Part shown: positions 46,609 through 56,480 of the stretch, one piece after another
Layout of the letters: each line of letters starts with the position of its first letter
How positions within the stretch are numbered: the stretch's first letter is position 1
DNA from: Vicinamibacteria bacterium
GTDB taxonomy: Bacteria > Acidobacteriota > Vicinamibacteria > Marinacidobacterales > Marinacidobacteraceae
Direction: 5' to 3'
NCBI GenBank assembly: GCA_965215615.1
Contig: OZ244068.1
Coordinates: 1,852,369 to 1,916,368 of the forward strand
DNA: 64,000 bases
The notes under the pieces: generated by a model
The model's input: the letters and a program-made list of their open reading frames with translations, nothing else
Database searches by the model: none
Told to the model about the DNA's origin: nothing
Program-made: the position numbers and the translations under genes

Positions 46609-48436
46609 CAGGAAGCAGCGGCGGCCCGGACTCCGCGCCTCTCGCCTCGCGATCCGTCTTACTCTCGCGAGCCTCGCGGTCATCGTGGTGCCGCTTCTCG
46701 CGGTGCTGCTGGTCATGGCTTCCACGGTGCGCGAGACCACGGTTGCCCGGACCTTTGCCGATCTCGATTCGGTGGCCGATCTCGCGCTCGCCCATCCCCC
46801 GGCGGATCGCTCCGACGAAGGGCTCGGCAGATGGGCGCTCCGCCATGCGGCGATCCTCGGCGACGAGCGTCCTCTCCCCGGAGAGCGAGATCGCCGGGTC
46901 ACTCTCGTCACCCGCGAAGGGGTCGTCCTGGCCGATTCCCACAGCGACCCGGGCACCATGGACAACCACGCGGACCGGCCGGAAATCGCCGAGGCGTTCC
47001 GCAGCGGCTACGGGCGGTCCGAACGCTTCAGCGAAACCCGGAGCGAGGATCTGACCTATGTGGCCGTCCGCCCCGCATGGAGCCCGGATCGCGTGGTCCG
47101 CTTCGCGTCGCCGGTGCTCCTCATCGAGGAGACGACGCTCTCGATCCTGACCCCGGTCGCACTCATCGCGATGCTGGTCGCGGCGCTCGCCACCGCCACT
47201 TCGTTCTGGTTCGCCGGACGCTTCTCCGGGCGCATCGCCCAGATCTACCGGTTTTCCGAACGAGTGGCGGCGGGCGACTTTCGCCCGGCGGAGGTATCCC
47301 CCCGGATGGACGAGCTGGACGGGCTGGTCGCCTCGCTGAACCGCACCGCCGGCCGTCTCAAGGAGAGCTTCGAGTCGCTGACCGCGGAGCGCAATCAGGG
47401 AGCCGCGATCCTTTCCAGCATGGACGAGGGAGTGGCGGTCATGGATCCCGACCTCCGCATCCTCTACCTCAACTCGGCGTTCCGGACGCTGCTGGAGCTT
47501 CCCGGTGATTCCTGGAAGGAGTTCGAAGGCCGCAAGGTGAAGCGGACTCTCCCGGCACCGCGGATGGTCCGGATGGCGAAACGGGCACTCAAGGGGGAGC
47601 GCAGCGAAGTCGAGTTCTCGCTCGCCGGCCGCGAAATCCTGGTCCGGGCCGCGCCGGTGCGCGCGAGCCTTCCGGGAACGGAGTCCGCCGAGGAAACCAC
47701 GCCGCTCGGAGCGGTGCTGGTCCTGACCGACGTGACCGAGCTGCACCAACTGGAGCGGGTGCGCCGCGACTTCGTGGCCAATCTCTCCCACGAACTCAAG
47801 ACCCCGCTCACCTCCATCCAGGGGTTCGCCGAGACGCTGATGGCCGGAGGAATAGACAGCGACGAGCAGCGGGGGCGGTTCCTGTCCCGCATCCATGAAC
47901 ACGCGGTGCGACTCTCGCGGATCACCGACGACCTGCTGCGGCTGGCGAGGATGGAGAGCGGCCGCCACGAGCCCGAAATGCGCCCGGTCAGGACCCGCGA
48001 ACTGGCGCAGAGCGTCCTCGATTCGGCCCGGGTGAAGTCAGGCAACCGGACACTCACCTACCGCGAAGATCCGGAAGTCGAGACGCTCCACACCGACCCG
48101 GATCTGCTCACCGAAGTTCTCCACAATCTGGTGGACAACGCCGTCCAGTATTCGGACGACGAGGGGCGGATCGAAGTCGAAGCCGGGCTGGCCGAGAAGG
48201 ATCTGATCTGTCTTTCGGTCCAGGATGACGGGGTGGGCATTCCCGCAAAGCACCGGGAGCGGATCTTCGAGCGGTTCTACCGGGTGGATCAGGCGCGATC
48301 CCGGGAGGTGGGAGGCACCGGGCTCGGGCTCGCCATCGCGAAGCACGCGGTGGAACTGCTGGGGGGACGCATGGAGGTGAGCAGCAAGCCGGAGCGGGGC
48401 TCGCGCTTTTCGGTCTTCCTGCCACGCGGAGACTGA
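46598..48436 (+). CDS. phoR: PhoR-like sensor histidine kinase (HAMP-PAS-HisKA-HATPase)
   Basis: MDNHADRPEI, RRDFVANLSHELKTPLTSI, NLVDNAVQY, IFERFYRVD, GGTGLGLAI. Confidence 0.82.
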   Translation: MATSRKQRRPGLRASRLAIRLTLASLAVIVVPLLAVLLVMASTVRETTVARTFADLDSVADLALAHPPADRSDEGLGRWALRHAAILGDERPLPGERDRRVTLVTREGVVLADSHSDPGTMDNHADRPEIAEAFRSGYGRSERFSETRSEDLTYVAVRPAWSPDRVVRFASPVLLIEETTLSILTPVALIAMLVAALATATSFWFAGRFSGRIAQIYRFSERVAAGDFRPAEVSPRMDELDGLVASLNRTAGRLKESFESLTAERNQGAAILSSMDEGVAVMDPDLRILYLNSAFRTLLELPGDSWKEFEGRKVKRTLPAPRMVRMAKRALKGERSEVEFSLAGREILVRAAPVRASLPGTESAEETTPLGAVLVLTDVTELHQLERVRRDFVANLSHELKTPLTSIQGFAETLMAGGIDSDEQRGRFLSRIHEHAVRLSRITDDLLRLARMESGRHEPEMRPVRTRELAQSVLDSARVKSGNRTLTYREDPEVETLHTDPDLLTEVLHNLVDNAVQYSDDEGRIEVEAGLAEKDLICLSVQDDGVGIPAKHRERIFERFYRVDQARSREVGGTGLGLAIAKHAVELLGGRMEVSSKPERGSRFSVFLPRGD

Positions 48437-48438
48437 AT

Positions 48439-50292
48439 TCAATCGGCGAGGGCGAATTCGAGCGCCCCGGTAAAGCGCTCGACGCGGACGAGCTGCGCCC
48501 GGAGGCGGTCCCCGATCCGGAAGCAACGCCCGGTCCGCCGGCCCCGGAGCGCAAGGCTCCTTCGGTCGAAACGAAAGGAGTCCCCGGCCAGCGCATCCAT
48601 GGGAATCCGCCCCTCAGCCGGAAAATCCTCGACCTCGAGAAGGAGCCCGAAGCGGCCGACTTCGGCCACCCGCGCCGGGAACACGTCCCCGAGACGGCCG
48701 GCGAGCAGGGTCGCGATCCCGAGATCCACCACCATCCGCTCCGCCGATTCGGCGGCCCGCTCGGTGCGGGAGGTGTGAAGCGCCTGCCGGTCGAGGTCGG
48801 TGGCGGATCCTTCGCCCCGGAGCGCCCGGTGGACGACCAGATCCGGATACCGCCGGATCGGCGAAGTGAAGTGGGCGTAATCGGGGAGCGCGAGCGCGAA
48901 GTGGCCGAGCGGGCGGGGCTCGTAGGTCGCCCGCTCGAGACTCCGCAACAGTCGGCGGCGGAGGAAGGGGGCTTCCCGGCGCTCGCGAATCCGGTCGAGA
49001 AGCCCGGCGAAGTCCCGTGGATGCGGGGCCCTGCCGGGAGGCCCGAGGCGCTCGCCGAAAACGGTGAGCAGATCGAGAAACCGCCCCAGTCGATCCGGGG
49101 CCGGGGCCGGGTGGACCCGGAAGAGCGCGGGAGTGCCCGTCTCGCGGAGCCGCCGGGCCACCGCTTCGTTCGCGGCGAGCATGCATTCCTCGACGAGCCG
49201 GTGCGCTTCGTTTCCGTGGGCGATCCGGGCATCCGCTGGCGCGCCCGTCTCGTCGAGAACCAGCTCGCGCTCCGGCAGGTCGAGGTCGAGCGCGCCCCGC
49301 TTCCGACGGGCGGCAGAAAGCGCTTCGGCGACCCGGCCGAGCGCGCGGACCGTTTCCGGAACTTCCCCGGAGCCCGATCCGGCGAGCATCCCCATCCCCT
49401 CTTCGTAAGAAAGACGCGCCTGGCTGCGGATCACTCCGGCGGCGAACCGGGCTTCGCGGATCTCCCCCGTGGCGCTGACCCGCAGCAGCACCGAACGGAC
49501 CAGACGGTCTTCGCCCGGACGGAGCGAGCAGATTCCCGAGGAAAGCCGCTCGGGGAGCATGGGCAGGACCCGACCCGGAAAATAGACGGAAGTTCCGCGG
49601 CGGGCGGCTTCGAGGTCCATGGCTCCGCCCGGCGGGACATGCGCCGCCACATCGGCGATGTGGACCCCGATTTCGTAGTCCCCGCCGGGAAGCCGGGCCA
49701 CGCTCAGCGCGTCGTCGTGGTCGCGTGCATCGGCCGGGTCCATGGTGAGGACGACCCGGCCGCGAAAGTCCTCGCGCCCCTCGATGTCGCCCGGCGCGAG
49801 CGTTCCGGGAACGCGCTCCGCCTCTTCGAGCGCGGCACGGGGAAACTCGCTCCCCAGGCCGAACCGGTGGATCGCCGCTTCGATCCCGGCACCGAGATCG
49901 CCTCGGTTCCCGAACACCCGCTCCACCGAAGCGACCTTCCCGTTCCCGATCCGTACCGCGATCAGTTCATCCACCCGGAGGCGTTTTTCGAGCCGCACTT
50001 CGCGGGTCCATGCCCCCTCACGAACCACCACCCGGTCACCCACACCAGCCACGACCCCGATGAGCGGATCGACGCTTCGGCGGATCACCCGGACCACCTC
50101 CGCCTCCAGCCGCCCCCGCCGCGAGCGGAAGAGCGGCTCCGCCTCCACGAGATCGCCGGGGAACGCCGTCTCCATCCGGCCGCGGGTGATGTGGATTTCC
50201 TCGCCGCCCGGAGGATCGGGTGTGACCCAGCCGCCGCCGTCGGCGTTCCCGGTCAACACCCCGCGAACGAGCTGTCGCTGCCGATGGGCCAC
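48439..50292 (-). CDS. rnr: Ribonuclease R
   Basis: TMDPADARDHDDA, VHIADVA, RGTSVYFP, EECMLAANE, HFTSPIRRYPDL, C-terminal S1 domain. Confidence 0.92.
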   Translation of the reverse strand: MAHRQRQLVRGVLTGNADGGGWVTPDPPGGEEIHITRGRMETAFPGDLVEAEPLFRSRRGRLEAEVVRVIRRSVDPLIGVVAGVGDRVVVREGAWTREVRLEKRLRVDELIAVRIGNGKVASVERVFGNRGDLGAGIEAAIHRFGLGSEFPRAALEEAERVPGTLAPGDIEGREDFRGRVVLTMDPADARDHDDALSVARLPGGDYEIGVHIADVAAHVPPGGAMDLEAARRGTSVYFPGRVLPMLPERLSSGICSLRPGEDRLVRSVLLRVSATGEIREARFAAGVIRSQARLSYEEGMGMLAGSGSGEVPETVRALGRVAEALSAARRKRGALDLDLPERELVLDETGAPADARIAHGNEAHRLVEECMLAANEAVARRLRETGTPALFRVHPAPAPDRLGRFLDLLTVFGERLGPPGRAPHPRDFAGLLDRIRERREAPFLRRRLLRSLERATYEPRPLGHFALALPDYAHFTSPIRRYPDLVVHRALRGEGSATDLDRQALHTSRTERAAESAERMVVDLGIATLLAGRLGDVFPARVAEVGRFGLLLEVEDFPAEGRIPMDALAGDSFRFDRRSLALRGRRTGRCFRIGDRLRAQLVRVERFTGALEFALAD

Positions 50293-50321
50293 GTGCGCTG
50301 TTACACTCCCCGGCTTCGCGC

Positions 50322-50408
50322 GCCGAAGTGGCGGAACGGCAGACGCGCTGCGTTCAGGGCGCAGTACTCCTTGCGAGTGTCAGGGTTCAAATCCCTGCTT
50401 CGGCACCA
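50322..50408 (+). tRNA. tRNA-Leu(CAG)
   Basis: Acceptor GCCGAAG/CTTCGGC-A-CCA; anticodon arm CTGCG-TTCAGGG-CGCAG; long variable arm; GGTTCAAATCC. Confidence 0.97.
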
Positions 50409-50503
50409 GCGCGCACGGTTGGTCGAGTCCCGGTAGCTCGATATGACAGGTTCCGGCATCCCTCCGTGAAACGATATCTCGCGGGGTGGGAAAGGAACGA
50501 CCG

Positions 50504-53167
50504 ATGGATTTCGACCTGAAGACGGACGAAGGGCTGCGGAGTGCCTTCGAGGCGAAGGCCTGCAAGATCGAACCGGAACGCCTGGACCGGGTGACCCGCT
50601 TCCTCGAAGAAGTGGCCGCCACGCCCTCGGAAGAACGGGCCACCGTCGAGTTCCAGCGGAAGATCTGGCGCGAGAAATCGGCGGTCGATATGCAGGATCG
50701 CTTGGGAGAGCGGATCGAGGATCCGGAATTCGCCAAGTGGTTCGTGGAACGGCTGCCACCCGATCTCCCGGCGGATCCCACGGAGCGGAACCAGGCTCTC
50801 GCTCGGGTCCATCGGGAAATCGTCAACCGGATACACGAGCTTTCCCTGAAGACGAACGAAAAGGCAGATCGAGAGTGGATGCAGGTCCGTCGCACTCTCG
50901 TGCACCTTTACCCCGCACATACGGCCGGAACCTGCCACGGCTGGCGGATATGGCAACTCACGAAAGCGATGGGCGGCCCTTCGTTCGACGACGAATCGAG
51001 CAGCCCACATCGACGCACGCTGCAGCATTTCTGGATTCGAAATCGGTTGGACGAGGTGCTCGACGAGCCGAAGGGTATGAGAGACCACGCGCTGCGGGTG
51101 CTGGTCTCGGGAAAACTCGCCACGATGGTGAACAAGAAGGAGAGAAGCGTCTGGCTCTTCCGCGCGGGTGACCAAGGGCAGGAAGAAGAAGCGTGGCTCG
51201 CGCACGGGCTCGCCTTCATCCGCTGGCGCGAAGTGGGGGATCTTTCTGCTGCGACCGACGACAACGCCATACGGGAAGCGTGCCAGGCAGCGTATCCGGG
51301 CGAGAAATCAAAGAGTATCGGCTTTGCGCTCGGCAACCTCAGGCCGTTCGCAACGGGAACGAAGCCGGGTGACTTGGCAATACTGCCACGCAAGCGCCGG
51401 GACTTTGTCTCCATCGGGATCATCACCGGTATCTACTCGTACCGTGAAGTGAACGGTGAGTTTCGGCACACGCTTCCAGTGGAGTGGAAGAAACGAGAAA
51501 TCCCAAGAGGAGTGCTCGACCCGGAAACCAGGAAGAAGCTGGGGGCCTATCAGACTGTGCTCCACCTCGGAGGCTCCGAACTGGCGAAACGCCTTGAAGA
51601 CTGGTTGAACGAACCGGGACTGGAGCCCCTGCCGGCGACTCGCCGCCAGAGAAGTATCCCGCTGCGCTTCGACGAAGTGCTTCACCTCGTGGAGCGCGTT
51701 GGAGATCGACGCCCCTTCGAGGAAGTGCTCGAAGAACTCCGGGCGGAGAACCCGAATTGGAAGAAAAACTCCGCTCACAACCATTTCCATCGAGTGGCCG
51801 CCCCGTTGGGAGTGCTGCGGAGAGCCGGCAGCAACCTCGAAGTCACCGAGCTCGGCAAAGAGCTCCTCGCATCGGGCGACCCCGACGCGCTGCGTGACCG
51901 ACTTCTGACCACGGTCTTCGGACCCGACCACGTGCTTGTCGAGTTGAGCCATGAGCCGCTCGCCTCTGGCGTCCTCGTGAAGCATCTCCAGCGCGTCAAC
52001 CCCGGTTTCCGCACGACGGCCGGCCCGGACGCCCTCCTTGCCTGCCTTCGATCCCTGGATTTGATCGCGAGCGAGGGTGGAAAGAATCAGCTCACCGAGC
52101 GGGGGCGGCGCTGGAGGAGCGCCATCCATTGGCCACCCGAGCCGCTTCCCGGTCCACTCCCGCCGCCTGCCGGCCGGGTCGAGCCACCACCCGTCGCCGA
52201 AGTCGTCAAGAAAGTCACCACCGCAGCGGCCGAGCGGACGCTCGACTTCGACCGGAAACTCATCGAGAACCTCCATTACGGACTCTGGTCCCATGAGCGT
52301 CGCCACTTCGCGATCCTTGCCGGGCTCTCGGGGAGCGGGAAAACCCAGCTCGCCTGGAAGTACGCCCGGGCGGTGACGGGGGCGGAAGGCGTGACCGACG
52401 ACCGCTTCGCGGCAGTTTCGGTCGCCCCGGGCTGGCACGACCCGACTCAGCTGCTCGGCTATGTGAACCCGGTCAACGGGATCTACGTGGGGACCTGGTT
52501 CCAGAAATCCCTGATGAGCGCCGCGGAGAACCCGACCGAGGTCCACGCCTGCGTGCTGGACGAGATGAACCTCTCGCACCCGGAGCAATACCTCGCCCCG
52601 CTGCTCAGCGCGATGGAGCAAGAGGGCGGCATGATCGAGTTCCACGACGGCGACGAAGAGGATCTCGGAGTTCCAGGTCGCATCCTCTACCCCGCGAATC
52701 TGGTGCTGATCGGCACGGTGAACATGGACGAGACCACCATGGGACTTTCCGACAAGGTGCTCGACCGCGCTTTCACCCTCGAGTTCTGGGACATCAACGT
52801 GGACGCGTGGCCGGGTTGGGCGGACTGCCGACTGAAGGAAGCGGACCGGGTCCAACGCGTGCTCACCGAACTCATGGCGGCGCTCCGTCCGGCGCGGCTC
52901 CACTTCGGCTGGCGAGTGATCGCCGAGTGCGTCGCCTTCCTGACCCGCCACGAGGAGGGCAAAGGTGACGCGACGGAAGCTCTCGACACGGTTCTCTACG
53001 CCAAGCTGCTCCCCAAGCTCCGCGGCGACGACTCCGAGCGGTACCGGAAGGCACTGGATACGTGCCGGAAAGTACTCGAGAAGGAAAACCTGAAGCAGTC
53101 CAAAGCCAAGGTGCAGGAACTCATCGAGGACATGCAGGCCATCGGGCACTTCAAGTTCTGGCGGTGA
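50504..53167 (+). CDS. McrB-family AAA+ GTPase with extended multi-domain N-terminus
   Basis: GLSGSGKT, VAPGWHD, LDEMNL, GTVNMDETT (NxxD), SDKVLDRA, KLLPKLRG. Confidence 0.9.
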   Translation: MDFDLKTDEGLRSAFEAKACKIEPERLDRVTRFLEEVAATPSEERATVEFQRKIWREKSAVDMQDRLGERIEDPEFAKWFVERLPPDLPADPTERNQALARVHREIVNRIHELSLKTNEKADREWMQVRRTLVHLYPAHTAGTCHGWRIWQLTKAMGGPSFDDESSSPHRRTLQHFWIRNRLDEVLDEPKGMRDHALRVLVSGKLATMVNKKERSVWLFRAGDQGQEEEAWLAHGLAFIRWREVGDLSAATDDNAIREACQAAYPGEKSKSIGFALGNLRPFATGTKPGDLAILPRKRRDFVSIGIITGIYSYREVNGEFRHTLPVEWKKREIPRGVLDPETRKKLGAYQTVLHLGGSELAKRLEDWLNEPGLEPLPATRRQRSIPLRFDEVLHLVERVGDRRPFEEVLEELRAENPNWKKNSAHNHFHRVAAPLGVLRRAGSNLEVTELGKELLASGDPDALRDRLLTTVFGPDHVLVELSHEPLASGVLVKHLQRVNPGFRTTAGPDALLACLRSLDLIASEGGKNQLTERGRRWRSAIHWPPEPLPGPLPPPAGRVEPPPVAEVVKKVTTAAAERTLDFDRKLIENLHYGLWSHERRHFAILAGLSGSGKTQLAWKYARAVTGAEGVTDDRFAAVSVAPGWHDPTQLLGYVNPVNGIYVGTWFQKSLMSAAENPTEVHACVLDEMNLSHPEQYLAPLLSAMEQEGGMIEFHDGDEEDLGVPGRILYPANLVLIGTVNMDETTMGLSDKVLDRAFTLEFWDINVDAWPGWADCRLKEADRVQRVLTELMAALRPARLHFGWRVIAECVAFLTRHEEGKGDATEALDTVLYAKLLPKLRGDDSERYRKALDTCRKVLEKENLKQSKAKVQELIEDMQAIGHFKFWR

Positions 53168-54684
53168 GCGCGCCCGAACTGCTGGTCCGGCGCGGAGAGG
53201 AATGGATCCCGCTCACGACCGCCCAACCGAACGATGGCTTTCGGGAGCATGAGTCAGCCACCTTCCGTGCGCTGGGCACTCCCGAAGCGCGGGTACTCGT
53301 GGACGACGAACCGCTCCCGACCAACGAATCCGGGGATTGGCTCTGGAGTCCGGGGTTCTTCGCCGGGCCGGTTCGCGCCGAGCTGCTCGACCCATCCGGG
53401 CAAGCTCTTGGCAGATGGACGCTCCAGGTCTCTCCCGATCCGAAGAAAGCACCCGGAGACATCTTCAAGCGGATGGTCGGAGACATCCTCGCCCACCACC
53501 CGGCGCTGCTCGTCGGCGCGGAATCCTCCCGCATCCGATTCGGCGCGCTCGACAGCGGCGACGACCCTTTCGTGGCCCTCGAACGACTCCGGCAACGCGA
53601 AGAAGGGCTGCTTCGCACCATCGCAGTAATCCGGAGGGAGCCGAGAAGCGTGCTCAGATCGCGGCGCGAATTCGTTCCGCTCCACCGGGTGCGCCGCGCC
53701 GACCCGCGAACGCTCGCCATGGCCGTCCGGGAACCCGCCGTCATCGGAGCCATCCGAAGCAGAGAGACAACCGTGCAACCGTTCCTGAGCGTCCCGACCA
53801 CCGAGAGGAGTCTGGATTCTCCGGCGAACCGGGCGGCACTCCTGATGATCCGCGCTCTCCGAAGGAGGGCTTCGGAAACCCTCCGTCAACTGGAGGAGAA
53901 GGTGGAAGCCGAAGATCAGGCCTCGGCGCGAACCACGCTCGCCGGCAAACTGCCGCGCTGGGCGAAAATCCTCGAGCGAATGGCGCGAGCTTTCTCTCGC
54001 GCCGAGCGCATCTCGCCGTTCCGGGATGCCAAGCGGCCGGAAATCACCGCCGCCGGACTCAATGCCGTCGCCGCACACCCGCTCTACCAGCATTTCTGGC
54101 GGCTCGGCTGGGAAGCGCTGCGGCGCGGAGTGTCCCGCTCCGAAGAGGACGAGCTCCCGCTGAGCCCGACCTGGGAGATCTACGAGCGCTGGTGCTACGT
54201 CGAACTCTCCCGCCACCTCGCGCAGCAGCTACCCGGGTGGAAGAAGCGGGAAGGAGGAAACGGAGACCACCGGGAAACCCGGTTCTCGGGGCCGGATGGC
54301 GCGAAAGTCACTCTATTCCTCCAGAAGACCGCGAACCGGAGAACGACCGGCCTCAAGTCCGTCTCGGTCAAGTGCCGACCGGACCTGGTTCTCCGCTGGG
54401 AAACCCCGGCCGGAGCCGGTTTCGTCGTCCTCGATGCCAAGTACCGGACTGCGCAGGACGGAATCCTCGGCGGGATGCGCGAGTCAGCACACCTCTACCA
54501 GGACGCGTTGCGCTGGGACGGGATGCGACCCCACGCGACGCTGCTTCTGGTCCCGGATGCTGCCGAAGCGGAATGGCTCGCTGACGAACGGTTCGTTTCC
54601 GAAAACCGGGTCGGCGTTGCGGCGCTCCGGCCGGGAACCAATCTTCCCGAGTGGATAACCGGCCCATTCCTGCGGATGGGGTAA
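53164..54684 (+). CDS. McrC-like DUF2357 / PD-(D/E)XK nuclease
   Basis: DSPANR, WEIYERWCY, RPDLVL, VLDAKYR, HLYQDAL; GTG start overlaps the McrB stop. Confidence 0.88.
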   Translation: MSAPELLVRRGEEWIPLTTAQPNDGFREHESATFRALGTPEARVLVDDEPLPTNESGDWLWSPGFFAGPVRAELLDPSGQALGRWTLQVSPDPKKAPGDIFKRMVGDILAHHPALLVGAESSRIRFGALDSGDDPFVALERLRQREEGLLRTIAVIRREPRSVLRSRREFVPLHRVRRADPRTLAMAVREPAVIGAIRSRETTVQPFLSVPTTERSLDSPANRAALLMIRALRRRASETLRQLEEKVEAEDQASARTTLAGKLPRWAKILERMARAFSRAERISPFRDAKRPEITAAGLNAVAAHPLYQHFWRLGWEALRRGVSRSEEDELPLSPTWEIYERWCYVELSRHLAQQLPGWKKREGGNGDHRETRFSGPDGAKVTLFLQKTANRRTTGLKSVSVKCRPDLVLRWETPAGAGFVVLDAKYRTAQDGILGGMRESAHLYQDALRWDGMRPHATLLLVPDAAEAEWLADERFVSENRVGVAALRPGTNLPEWITGPFLRMG

Positions 54685-54727
54685 ATCGGTTTTCTCACTC
54701 ATGGAACTCCCTACGTCGAGTCGGGAC

Positions 54728-55660
54728 TCACGGACTGATTCTCGACCCGAAGACCACCAGCTCACCGAGGCCGGGGATTTCGCGCAACGAGGCGACCCCG
54801 CGGTTGTGCAACTGACGCACTCGTTCCCGTGAAAGCGAAAGCTCCCTTCCGAGCGCGGCAAAGCTCGCGGGCTCCCGCCCGTCGAGGCCGTAGTAGCGGG
54901 TCATCACCAGCCGAAGGCGACCCGGCATCGCCTCGAGTCCGGCGCGGAGCAACGCGCACTGCTCCAGGAGCGCCGCGGATTCAAAGGGGTTTTTGGCGCT
55001 TGCATCCTCAAGGATCGCGGCGAGCGCCGCAACCGGACCATCGAGTGAGATCACATCGGGTGTTGATCGGAGGGTCGCCTTGAGACGCTCGAGCGGAACC
55101 CCGAGCCTTCGGGCGCACTCCTCTTCTGTCTGGCGTTCGCGTCGTCCGGCACGAGAACCGCGTTCTCCCGCCTCCTGCTCCAGTTCGGCCAGCACCCGCT
55201 CGGCCTGACGCCGCAGCAGGAGGACATCGAGAGGAATGCGGATCGTCCGGCTCCTGATGGAGAGCGCGCGACAAACCGCCTGCCGGATCCAGCCCGCCGC
55301 GTAGTTCTCGAAGCGGATTCCCCGCGCCGGCTCGAATCGGCGGGCCGCAGCCAGAAGACCCAGGTTCCCTTCCTGGATCAGATCCTCGACCGGATAGCCG
55401 TAGCGGATGTAGCGCTTCGCGATCCGGACCACGAGTCCCAGATGGGCTTCGACCAGGGCATCCTGGGCTGGGTCGCCTTCAACCGTCTCTCCGCCTCCTG
55501 ACGGATCGCGACGTTCCGCTTCGCTGGCGATCTCGACGCTTCGCATGCGAACCGAACGCAGATAGACCGCGAGCATGTCCAGTTCCTCGCCGGACAGCGA
55601 ATCACCCGCGTCTTCCGACCAGGCATTTTCGAGACGATCCGCGTCCCCACCTTTCGGCAT
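54728..55660 (-). CDS. Additional sigma-70 family factor (RpoD/RpoS-like regions 1.2-4, no region 1.1)
   Basis: YLRSV, AHLGLVVRIAKRY, DLIQEGNLGLL, RFEPARG, WIRQA, RTIRIP, LSRERVRQL. Confidence 0.9.
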   Translation of the reverse strand: MPKGGDADRLENAWSEDAGDSLSGEELDMLAVYLRSVRMRSVEIASEAERRDPSGGGETVEGDPAQDALVEAHLGLVVRIAKRYIRYGYPVEDLIQEGNLGLLAAARRFEPARGIRFENYAAGWIRQAVCRALSIRSRTIRIPLDVLLLRRQAERVLAELEQEAGERGSRAGRRERQTEEECARRLGVPLERLKATLRSTPDVISLDGPVAALAAILEDASAKNPFESAALLEQCALLRAGLEAMPGRLRLVMTRYYGLDGREPASFAALGRELSLSRERVRQLHNRGVASLREIPGLGELVVFGSRISP

Positions 55661-55846
55661 GATCACTGAACCTCGATGGCCCCATCCAAACCACCTGCTC
55701 CTATCTTCAGCCACCAGGATGCCACCCCGCAACCGTGATACCCACATTCTTGGCGGGATAGCCCTTGACGCGAACGAATTCCCTGCTTAACCAGAGTGTG
55801 AGGGAGCGACTGCTGTCAGCATCTCTCCACCAAGGAGGCCCCCGAA

Positions 55847-56146
55847 ATGCTCCGATCCATTTCCCGCTTTTTCATAGCCTTGCTCTTGCCGGCGGCTTTT
55901 GCCGGTTGCGAAGCGCCAAGCGCCGCGCCTGCCATCACCCCGTCTTCTCCGGCGACATTCACCCGGGAACAGGCATCGCGTGAACTCCGGGAACACTTGG
56001 CCTCCCGTGTGGCCGCCTTCGATGCCTCGCTTCGTGATCGGGGTGTTTCCGAGGAGCAACGAGCCGTGATCGTCGCCGAACTCGAACGCATCACGCTTGC
56101 TCACGCCGAGCGAGTGGACGCTCTGGGTCAGCGCTTCCCGTTCTGA
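55847..56146 (+). CDS. Small helical lipoprotein
   Basis: AAGGAGG RBS; lipobox FAGC; amphipathic helices. Confidence 0.7.
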   Translation: MLRSISRFFIALLLPAAFAGCEAPSAAPAITPSSPATFTREQASRELREHLASRVAAFDASLRDRGVSEEQRAVIVAELERITLAHAERVDALGQRFPF

Positions 56147-56195
56147 CACCCCCGCCGAAGAACTCCGACTCCGACCAACCCCTGGAGACGGCCCC

Positions 56196-56480
56196 ATGAG
56201 AATCCCGATCTTCCCCTTCCTGCTCGCCCACATCGCCGTCTTTCTGCTTCTCGCATCTGGTAAACCAGCCGCTCAAGACGCACGGGACTGCGTCAACGAT
56301 TGCTCTTCACGCCTCACGAGGTGCATTCGTGCGTCCGAGGGAGATCTTGAAGCATGCGCCAACCGATGTGGCATTTTCGGAGCCCGAGGGTGCCTTGAGA
56401 GGTGCTACAACGCGCATCAAGATGACATCAACACCTGCCTCAACCGGTTTTCGGATTGCACCGGAGGGTGCTGGATTTGA
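56196..56480 (+). CDS. Secreted 10-cysteine peptide (predicted disulfide-laddered helical hairpin)
   Basis: GGAG RBS, ATG 56196, signal peptide ending PAA-Q; Cys spacing 3-6-10-3-7-3-10-6-3. Confidence 0.75.
   Translation: MRIPIFPFLLAHIAVFLLLASGKPAAQDARDCVNDCSSRLTRCIRASEGDLEACANRCGIFGARGCLERCYNAHQDDINTCLNRFSDCTGGCWI

Noticed and set aside
43092-47054. 1320-aa + strand ORF and other long ORFs (505..1632, 6250..9150, 11137..13326, 18639..21749, 32985..36464, 60918..63782)
   Set aside because: Antisense or off-frame shadows of well-supported genes, expected in GC-rich DNA; no motifs.
55765-55793. Sigma-70 promoter TTGACG-N17-TAACCA upstream of the lipoprotein/Cys-peptide operon
   Set aside because: Good -35 but weak -10; not enough support to list as a feature.
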